Origin: Candidatus Dojkabacteria bacterium
Lineage (GTDB): Bacteria; Patescibacteriota; Dojkabacteria; SC72
Direction: 5' to 3'
NCBI GenBank assembly: GCA_016182915.1
Contig: JACPFP010000003.1
Location: 187,685-251,684, forward strand
DNA length: 64,000 bases
Below are positions 56,838-64,000 of this stretch, one piece after another. The notes below the pieces were generated by a model. The model was not told where the DNA came from and made no database searches. It saw only the letters and a list, made by a program, of their open reading frames with translations. The translations under genes were made by a program, and so were the position numbers. How positions within the stretch are numbered: the first letter of the stretch is position 1; each line of letters begins with the position of its first letter.

Positions 56838-58532
56838 TTGTCACAAAAAAGAAGTAGGAATATAATCCTAAACATCTTTTCCCATATTTATTTACAATAT
56901 TATTTTATGAAAAACATACTCAAGAACTTCTCACTCAATTGGAAATCTGGACTCACAGTATCATTGATATCAATCCCCCTCTCTGTTTCACTTGCAGTAG
57001 CTTCAGGAGCAACCCCAATTATGGGTATTGTGACGGGAATATGGGCGGGGTTTGTGGCCTCACTGCTTGGAGGCAGTCACTACAACATTGTAGGGCCAAC
57101 AGGAGCCCTCTCAGGTATCCTAGCCGCATATGCTTTAACCCATGGGATTGGAAGCCTACCAATGCTGGCAATAGTATCTGGAATTATGATTCTTCTTGCA
57201 TACTTCCTTAAGTTCGAAAAATACCTTAAATATATCCCTGCAAGTACCGTTCAGGGCTTCACCTTAGGCGTTGCCTTCATAATTGCCCTTAATCAATTAA
57301 ACTCTGCTCTTGGAATATCAGGATTGGAAACACATGAGAGATTCATCGAAAATGTATTTGAAACCTTCTCCCACCTTAACCTTATATCCATACCTTCACT
57401 TTCTGTTTTCGCAGTATTCTTGGGGGCTCTTTTCCTTTTCCAGAAGAAACTTCCAAAACTTCCTGGAGCAATTGTACTTGCACCCGTTGGTATCCTTCTA
57501 GGGTATCTCTCTGTTAAATCTATAATTCCGATTTCAATACTTACATTAGGCGCTAAGTTCTCAGATATTACCCCTACACTCTTTCTCCCTATCGACTTAA
57601 ACCTAAGTACTGCAGTTATAGTCCCTGCCATAACAGTTGCAGTTGTTGCAATCCTTGAAACAATGATCTCTGCAAAGATAGCAGATGGTATGACACAGAC
57701 AAAACATCATAAAAGGAAAGAACTTTTTGCATTAGGTGTTTCTAATATAATATCCGGATTTGCAGGGGGAATGCCTGCTACAGCAGCCTTGGCGAGAACT
57801 TCCCTTAATATTAAATCTGGAGCCACAAATAAGCTATCGGCAACCATAAACAGTATCTTCATTGTCATTATCTCCTTTATATTCCTCACATACTTCAAAT
57901 ATATACCTATGGCAGTAATCGCAGCCATTTTGGTCTTTGTTGCAATCAGAATGGTTGAAATGCACCACTTAATTAGAATGTTCCACTTAGACAAGAAGAG
58001 CTTCACATTAGCAATGGCAGTGGCAGTTATAACAATTGTAGAAGACCCCATCATTGGCCTTCTTGCAGGAGCTACAGCAGCGCTCCTTCTCTTCATTGAT
58101 ACTCTGTCGAAAGGGCAATTTGATCTAATGATTAACGAGAAAGGTGGAAAGAAGGTGAAGAGTACCTCCGAGGAGGATTTTTCCAGAAAGTTAAAAAAGA
58201 GTCACACACTCGTATATACAATTAAGGGTTCTCTTGTGTACATAAATGGTGAATCACATCTTTCCAGATTTGAGAATGGATTAAATGGGAGTCAGAATAT
58301 CATAATTAGATTAAGGGAGCTATATTTTATTGATCTTGATGGTATTGATATTCTTGATGAGATTATAGAGTCAATAGAATCTAGAGGAAGAAAAGTATAT
58401 ATAACAGGTACAAACAAGCTTATAGAAGAGATGCTTCTCAATGAAAGTGACTACTATGGAAGGCTTAAGAAGGAGAAAAAGGTATTTGAAAAGACAAGTG
58501 ATGTATTAAGAGAACTGGGATTTAAGGTTTAG
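56838..58532 (+). CDS. SulP family anion permease with C-terminal STAS domain
   Basis: Multiple TM helices, then the conserved SulP core and C-terminal STAS-like ~120 aa. True start may be the internal MKNILKNF. Confidence 0.85.
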   Translation: MSQKRSRNIILNIFSHIYLQYYFMKNILKNFSLNWKSGLTVSLISIPLSVSLAVASGATPIMGIVTGIWAGFVASLLGGSHYNIVGPTGALSGILAAYALTHGIGSLPMLAIVSGIMILLAYFLKFEKYLKYIPASTVQGFTLGVAFIIALNQLNSALGISGLETHERFIENVFETFSHLNLISIPSLSVFAVFLGALFLFQKKLPKLPGAIVLAPVGILLGYLSVKSIIPISILTLGAKFSDITPTLFLPIDLNLSTAVIVPAITVAVVAILETMISAKIADGMTQTKHHKRKELFALGVSNIISGFAGGMPATAALARTSLNIKSGATNKLSATINSIFIVIISFIFLTYFKYIPMAVIAAILVFVAIRMVEMHHLIRMFHLDKKSFTLAMAVAVITIVEDPIIGLLAGATAALLLFIDTLSKGQFDLMINEKGGKKVKSTSEEDFSRKLKKSHTLVYTIKGSLVYINGESHLSRFENGLNGSQNIIIRLRELYFIDLDGIDILDEIIESIESRGRKVYITGTNKLIEEMLLNESDYYGRLKKEKKVFEKTSDVLRELGFKV

Positions 58533-59064
58533 AGAGATTTAAGGCATTAGTTACTATATTCTTTATGGTATCCATATTTGCATAGTGGTGATCGTTATTA
58601 GGCTCATTTACACATTCGTATTCTTTCACCACTATAACTCCTCCTTCAATAGCTTTTAAATCCGTAAAACTGCAGTATGGATCAGATCTTTTTTGATATA
58701 TCCAAACAGGAAAGTTCACTTTCAAACTAAGTTCATTGAGATTATAACCCGACTCTTTTGCTGTATTTAGGGGTACTCCGACCATTACAGCAAACTTTGG
58801 AAGGTTACTAAGTTTTGAGACCGAATTGAACGTTATTACAGACCCGATTGATTTGGCAAATATACAGTAATCTCCGTTAATTCCACCTACAAGTTCTACT
58901 AGCTTCTCTGTTTCTTTTTCAACATCAGCACTATTTCCTCCAATATCCCAATGAGAGTAGTGAATAACATCGGGGGTAAGGCCGTGTGATTTTAAACTCA
59001 CACCAACTTCCTCAATCCACGACCTATTATTCAGACTCTGTCCACTAAGAAGAATGACTTTCAT
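58522..59064 (-). CDS. hypothetical protein (possible small alpha/beta hydrolase)
   Basis: MKVILLSGQS...AKSIGS weak GxSxG-like hint. Confidence 0.3.
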   Translation of the reverse strand: MKVILLSGQSLNNRSWIEEVGVSLKSHGLTPDVIHYSHWDIGGNSADVEKETEKLVELVGGINGDYCIFAKSIGSVITFNSVSKLSNLPKFAVMVGVPLNTAKESGYNLNELSLKVNFPVWIYQKRSDPYCSFTDLKAIEGGVIVVKEYECVNEPNNDHHYANMDTIKNIVTNALNLSKP

Positions 59065-59111
59065 AGGATTAATCTAAGATTATAACTCAGTATATCACTC
59101 AGGAAAATTGA

Positions 59112-59492
59112 TTAGAACAGTTTTATTAGTTCCTCTAGAAAACTCTGAAACTCAGTAGATACTAATTCAGTTCTATACAAAGCAATAATCCTAAGTTTCG
59201 CTAGATTGCTTCTAATTTCGCCAGGCAAACAAATAATCTTATCCATAATTCCTTCTGCACTAATCTCTGAAAGAGGAGTTATTTTATCTGGAATACATAG
59301 GAAATAACTTTTAGCACCAGGCAAAACAGTTTGCGGATTGGTAATACTAACAAAACCATATAAACCAGCTCCAGTATTATCCATGTCATATTCACCTAAA
59401 GCAATAGCTCCATCATGGAATGTTACACAAACAGGGGTTCCATTGCTTATTACTCCCTCCACTTCTGTTGCCGGGATTCCACCTGCTACCAT
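59112..59492 (-). CDS. hypothetical protein
   Basis: 126-aa ORF. Confidence 0.3.
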   Translation of the reverse strand: MVAGGIPATEVEGVISNGTPVCVTFHDGAIALGEYDMDNTGAGLYGFVSITNPQTVLPGAKSYFLCIPDKITPLSEISAEGIMDKIICLPGEIRSNLAKLRIIALYRTELVSTEFQSFLEELIKLF

Positions 59493-59587
59493 ACAAAATG
59501 ATATTCAAATATTACTTTCCATATTCTATTCTTTTCTCCCATAAATGTAAATGGCTATAGGCTGTATTATCTATTTATCAACTTTAG

Positions 59588-59596
59588 TGGTATAAT
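59588..59596 (+). promoter_or_regulatory. candidate extended -10 promoter (TGGTATAAT) for the DEAD-box helicase gene
   Basis: TGnTATAAT about 120 nt upstream of ATG 59714. A long 5' leader is common for DEAD-box helicase genes. Confidence 0.3.
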
Positions 59597-59713
59597 GGGT
59601 ACTTGTAACATGTAGATGAAACGAAATAGTTAAGAGAAACCGCTCTGTGACACCATTATTTATTTTCGCTTCCCTATGTAGTAACGATAATAATATTTTT
59701 AAGCACTTATTTT

Positions 59714-60910
59714 ATGATGAACAATTTTAGAAGAAGAGGAAGAACTTCATACCCGAGATCGTACGGAGGTAGAGGATATGGTGGAGGAAGAAATAACAGT
59801 AGAGGTGGCTCTGGAATCAGGGTTGATCAGTTAATTGCAAAAGCAGTATATGAGGACCTTCCAAGTATCTACGAAACAGACAAGAACATATTAGATTTTG
59901 ATTTAGCAGAACAGCTAAAGGATAATATTGCATTTAAGAAGTATACAACTCCAACCAAGATTCAATACCAGGCTATCCCACATATACTCGCCGGAAAGGA
60001 TATTCTCGGACTTGCAAGTACTGGATCGGGTAAGACAGCAGCATTCCTAATCCCTATGGTTAACAAAGGAATTAGAGATAGATCACAAAGATTCCTTATA
60101 GTTGTACCAACAAGAGAGCTTGCACTTCAGATTCAGGATGAATTCTACCAGTTAGCACATAATACAGGTCTAAGATCTGTATTAATTATTGGTGGAAATA
60201 GTATCCACGTACAAATGGATATATTAAGAAGAAATCCTGCCTTCATAATTGCAACTCCAGGAAGATTGAAAGATATCTCAGAGAGAAGAGCAATCAGATT
60301 AGATAGTATTAATAACGTTGTTTTAGATGAGGTAGATAGAATGCTAGATATGGGTTTCATTGATGATATTAGATATATCACCAATAAATTAAACCCAGAT
60401 AGACAGTCACTATTCTTCTCCGCAACAATGAATAAAAAGGCTGAAGATATATCAAGAACTCTCCTTAGAGAACCAGTAAAGGTTGAAGTTGAGAAACAGT
60501 CACCAGGAAAGAATGTAGATCAGGATGTAATTAGAGTCCCAAGAGGAGATAGTAAGATTGATGTTCTTGCAGATCTAATCAAGAAAGAAGAGTTCAAAAA
60601 AGTTCTCGTCTTTACAAGAACCAAGAGAGAAGCAGAGAAACTAACCAGAGAGTTAACCCTCAAAGGAATAAAGGTTGATGCCCTACATGGTGATAAGAGA
60701 CAGGCTCAAAGGACAAGAATTATAACGGCATTCAAGAATGACTACCTTAAGGTACTCATCGCTACAGATGTTGCTTCAAGAGGTCTTGATGTTAACAACA
60801 TTACCCATGTTATCAACTTTGATATCCCTCAAACATATGAGGATTATATTCATAGGATTGGTAGAACAGGTAGAGCAGGAAAGAAGGGAATTGCAATTAC
60901 ATTCGTGTAA
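59714..60910 (+). CDS. DEAD-box ATP-dependent RNA helicase (motif II variant DEVD) with N-terminal RGG-rich extension
   Basis: Q-motif region, ASTGSGKT (motif I), PTRELA (Ia), DEVDRMLDMGF (II), SAT (III), HRIGRTGRAG (VI). N-terminal RRRGRTSYPRSYGGRGYGGGRNNSRGG. Confidence 0.9.
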   Translation: MMNNFRRRGRTSYPRSYGGRGYGGGRNNSRGGSGIRVDQLIAKAVYEDLPSIYETDKNILDFDLAEQLKDNIAFKKYTTPTKIQYQAIPHILAGKDILGLASTGSGKTAAFLIPMVNKGIRDRSQRFLIVVPTRELALQIQDEFYQLAHNTGLRSVLIIGGNSIHVQMDILRRNPAFIIATPGRLKDISERRAIRLDSINNVVLDEVDRMLDMGFIDDIRYITNKLNPDRQSLFFSATMNKKAEDISRTLLREPVKVEVEKQSPGKNVDQDVIRVPRGDSKIDVLADLIKKEEFKKVLVFTRTKREAEKLTRELTLKGIKVDALHGDKRQAQRTRIITAFKNDYLKVLIATDVASRGLDVNNITHVINFDIPQTYEDYIHRIGRTGRAGKKGIAITFV

Positions 60911-60920
60911 TAATATCCGT

Positions 60921-61331
60921 CTATTTCTCAATGATCAGGAATTCTCTAGTATAGTACTGCATATTCATAAGCGTTTGCTCGTCTATACCTAACACATGGA
61001 GATACTTCTCCTTAAGTGATTCAAATATTCCTATATCGTTATGTAGGATCAAATTACTATGGTTATTTACCTTAGAAATTTCGAATGGATAATCAAGGGA
61101 TAGAAGTTTAAGAGAAATGAGGTTCTCTAAATCTAACTCTGGATTTACGACTCTCTCCCCTACACTTCCTGATTTAAGGATCCTAACTCCAAGCTGGAGA
61201 TCTCGGCCATCGAGATGAAGCTGTGTTTTTTTATGAAGGAGATTTACATGTGTAAATCTATCGCCAACATTTAGCTTCTTAATCTTTTCGAATTCTGAAT
61301 CAGTTAATCTGACATATATAGGTTCCATCAT
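60921..61331 (-). CDS. hypothetical protein
   Basis: 136-aa ORF. Confidence 0.35.
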   Translation of the reverse strand: MMEPIYVRLTDSEFEKIKKLNVGDRFTHVNLLHKKTQLHLDGRDLQLGVRILKSGSVGERVVNPELDLENLISLKLLSLDYPFEISKVNNHSNLILHNDIGIFESLKEKYLHVLGIDEQTLMNMQYYTREFLIIEK

Positions 61332-61381
61332 AGTATAAATATACCATGGGACAGATCAAGGAGATTAGAAAGGGGAAAGAT

Positions 61382-62290
61382 CTAGTTAAAACCGTTTATC
61401 TGTTTCTCTAGAAAGAGATTAATGAGTTTCTTAAAGAGGTTTTTATTATTCATGTACTGATCGAAGATAATATGTTCTATATTTGCATTCTCAGCAAATT
61501 CTGAGTCTACCTCTGAATCTCCGAAGTATATGAACTGTTCCGCAGGAATACCAGATCTATTTATAATATCTATCAAACAGTATGGATTAGGCTTTTTATA
61601 CCCCGCATCTACACAAGACACAACCTCATCAAAGTATGGGAGTATCTTATTGGACTCTAGAACATCAATCATCAAACTCTTTGTCCTATTTGTACATACG
61701 TATAATTTCTTTCCACTTGATTTAAGGAATTCAAGAATTTCGACAACTCCATCAAAAATCTGTAGCTTATCTATGTTCTCCTGCTGAATTATATGATCCT
61801 GACGCATTAGTTCCTTGATATCTGCTTTTACATTAACTTTCTTGAGGATAAATTTGTATAGATCTTCAATTGCTCTTCCCTTAATACTTTCATGGAGTTC
61901 ACAAACAAGGTCGAAGTTCACAGAGGGCTCATAAGCTGTTATAACCCTAGCTATTGTCTCACCACAGAACTGCCTTCCATCAACAAGAGTATCATCTAGG
62001 TCAAACACAAACGCATTCTTAGTTCCAGAAGGCCTAGTACTCAAAGTACTATCTCCGCCATCAAAGAAATATGCAACTGGTTTTCCTAATACTTTGGAAA
62101 CTTTCTCTAGCTGAGGGATTGAAACCTGGCTGATACCAAGTTCATAGCGACTAATCATAATTTCAGTACATCCAATCTTTTCGGAAAGGGACTTCTGAGT
62201 TATGCCTTTTTCTGTACGTAAATCTTTAATTTTCTTACCAATTGTACTTTCCACGAGGGAGAGTATACATCCGGGTACTAGAGGAGTCAA
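61382..62290 (-). CDS. fusion of HTH_XRE DNA-binding domain with HAD-family phosphatase domain
   Basis: N-terminal IKDLRTEKGITQKSLSEKIGCTEIMISRYELG (Cro/C1-type HTH), then FVFDLDDTLVDG (HAD motif I DxDxT), VCTNRTK (motif II), GDSEVD (motif IV). Confidence 0.7.
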   Translation of the reverse strand: MTPLVPGCILSLVESTIGKKIKDLRTEKGITQKSLSEKIGCTEIMISRYELGISQVSIPQLEKVSKVLGKPVAYFFDGGDSTLSTRPSGTKNAFVFDLDDTLVDGRQFCGETIARVITAYEPSVNFDLVCELHESIKGRAIEDLYKFILKKVNVKADIKELMRQDHIIQQENIDKLQIFDGVVEILEFLKSSGKKLYVCTNRTKSLMIDVLESNKILPYFDEVVSCVDAGYKKPNPYCLIDIINRSGIPAEQFIYFGDSEVDSEFAENANIEHIIFDQYMNNKNLFKKLINLFLEKQINGFN

Positions 62291-62303
62291 GAGATATAAA
62301 GAA

Positions 62304-63656
62304 CTATTTTAGGAGTGAAAATATGAGCTCTTTTAATCTTTCCTTACCATGGAATCTATCTCCAATTGCAAAATTATTAAGACTTACTTTATTAAATTGA
62401 TACGAAAATATCTCTCTAAGTAGTCCCCGAACTGTTTCCTCGATTATTTCGGGATCTACAAATTTTAACCCTGTCCGCTCATCAACAGCACACTCTCCTC
62501 CAAGTGAGAAAACTTTATAACCCTCAGGACCGATATCGGATTTGTAAACGGGGTATTCAAAAACAACAATTGGTTTCCTGGCAAATATAGCCTCTACAAA
62601 CTGATTACCCCACCCTTCCCATGTACTTGTATAGGTAACAATATCTGATATTGCATAAAAGTCCCACAAACTGTAGTATTTTCTCCCTTCCAGAATTTCA
62701 CGAGAGGCTTTACATATATCTCCCGCATAAACGACTTTAACCCCTTTATACTGGCAATATTCTTTTAGCTTCAGGAAATATCCCATTGAGGCGGGCTCAA
62801 CATAACCTGGCAAAATAAACACAATATCTGAATCCTTTGAAAACACTTTTCCGTTATATAGAGTCCTCCCCCAATACAACTCCTGATTATCATATATAGA
62901 TTTAACAACTTGAAAAGCAATCTCTATCGCCTTTCTTTCAACTATTCTCGTCGCGTGAAGTATTATCAAATCAGAATCCTTAACTCCTAACTCCCTTTCA
63001 AGATCCCTATTATAATCGTCTCTTTTCCATTCGGACTGTTGAAAATCAAACGTATCTGGAAAAACTGTCGACTCTAAATCAAATTCCTCCTTAAGCTTAC
63101 TCTTCATAATACTGTTGATTACAACATGCTCAATACCAGGATCCTTTGGAGGTACATAAGTAGAGATGAAATCTTTAACTGCCCTGTGCGGAGTCATATA
63201 TAGATTACCATACGACGACCAGAAGTCATGATTGTAAGAGATAATTTTAGTTTTGGTCTTTTTAAAAAACATATAAAATGATTTTGCAGCAGATATATGT
63301 CGACCATGTGAAAATATATTGTGGACAAAAAGATAGTCAAATTTCTCAATCTTGCTTATCTCCAAAAGCTTTTCGTAGATTTTATTAGCAACAGAATCAA
63401 TTGCTGACATAAGTTCTTGCTCATTTCTATAGTCAACAATTGGACCAAATGAATTTTCTTTGATTTTAACAACTTCAGGTAGATTGAAATCTAACTCGGG
63501 AATAACATAATCAACTTTCGGAGACTCTACCCCGGCTATCCTAGAGACTTTATGTCCCATCTGAGAAAGAAGGTTTGCTCTTTTTTCTATTTCTAAAGAT
63601 ACCCCGTCTGTATCTCCAATTTTATAATGACAAATACCAATATTTAATTTTTTCAA
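62304..63656 (-). CDS. glycosyltransferase (GT-B fold, GT4-like)
   Basis: C-terminal EGWGNQFVEAIFARKPIVV corresponds to the GT4 E..G....EA...G.PV motif. 450 aa. Confidence 0.6.
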   Translation of the reverse strand: MKKLNIGICHYKIGDTDGVSLEIEKRANLLSQMGHKVSRIAGVESPKVDYVIPELDFNLPEVVKIKENSFGPIVDYRNEQELMSAIDSVANKIYEKLLEISKIEKFDYLFVHNIFSHGRHISAAKSFYMFFKKTKTKIISYNHDFWSSYGNLYMTPHRAVKDFISTYVPPKDPGIEHVVINSIMKSKLKEEFDLESTVFPDTFDFQQSEWKRDDYNRDLERELGVKDSDLIILHATRIVERKAIEIAFQVVKSIYDNQELYWGRTLYNGKVFSKDSDIVFILPGYVEPASMGYFLKLKEYCQYKGVKVVYAGDICKASREILEGRKYYSLWDFYAISDIVTYTSTWEGWGNQFVEAIFARKPIVVFEYPVYKSDIGPEGYKVFSLGGECAVDERTGLKFVDPEIIEETVRGLLREIFSYQFNKVSLNNFAIGDRFHGKERLKELIFSLLK

Positions 63657-63672
63657 ACTCTTGCAGAGCTAT

Positions 63673-64000
63673 TTAAGATAAGAGACTCTCTCAATCACCT
63701 GATTTAGAAGGTTATCATACCCCAACCCGTAGTAATCCATCTGGAAATCATAAATTTTAGCGTTTATCATTCTTGCTACCTCGAAGTTTTTGTTAAAGCT
63801 CTCAATGGACTTGTCCTCAGTAATTAATTGGTAAGAATAGTTTCGATTTGGATATAGTGAGGTAAAGAAATCTGGGTACGACTCACCATATAGGTACCCC
63901 CTCCTTAACTCAAAATCGTCCCAGACGTTAGGTATATTCCTTACTAAAATCTGTGAAAAGCTCTTCCCTTTAGGATTAAATAAATCATTAACTCCTTCAA
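63673..64000 (-). CDS. hypothetical protein, C-terminal part (gene runs off the window end)
   Basis: Open minus-strand frame ending ...AKIYDFQMDYYGLGYDNLLNQVIERVSYLK, stop at 63673-63675. Confidence 0.4.

Overview
This 64-kb window reads as a low-GC (about 35-38%) bacterial segment, most consistent with a CPR/Patescibacteria-type genome. The bacterial assignment rests on a form II/III RuBisCO large subunit, three tRNAs with encoded CCA, a bacterial TsaE, a GGDEF protein and Shine-Dalgarno-like sites. Long ORFs are intact under the standard genetic code, so UGA is probably not recoded. Core genes present are enolase, HtpX, MscL, thioredoxin, an ABC-F ATPase, an ABC exporter, a DEAD-box helicase, SulP, an aldehyde dehydrogenase, an SDR oxidoreductase and an M20 dipeptidase. 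The t6A enzymes appear as TsaD plus a TsaC-TsaE fusion. A nucleotide-salvage flavour comes from two Nudix hydrolases, three P-loop/dNK-like kinases, two HD proteins and two NYN paralogs. There is a glycosyltransferase cluster (GT2, GT4, HAD) and many unknown secreted or membrane proteins. The most unusual region is an AT-rich 2.6-kb islet directly 3' of tRNA-Asp. It is bounded by imperfect direct repeats and carries four tightly packed uncharacterised ORFs. Next to it lies a block containing an editing-domain-less ThrRS-like gene. That block is flanked by intergenic regions sharing a family of short repeated motifs. Other notable points are two orphan promoter-to-terminator units on the minus strand with a conserved 3' module, a secreted-protein gene split exactly at an 18-bp (GA)n/(TC)n palindrome, a 21-bp tandem-repeat coiled-coil gene, and several non-canonical protein variants. 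No CRISPR array, rRNA, integrase or transposase was recognised.
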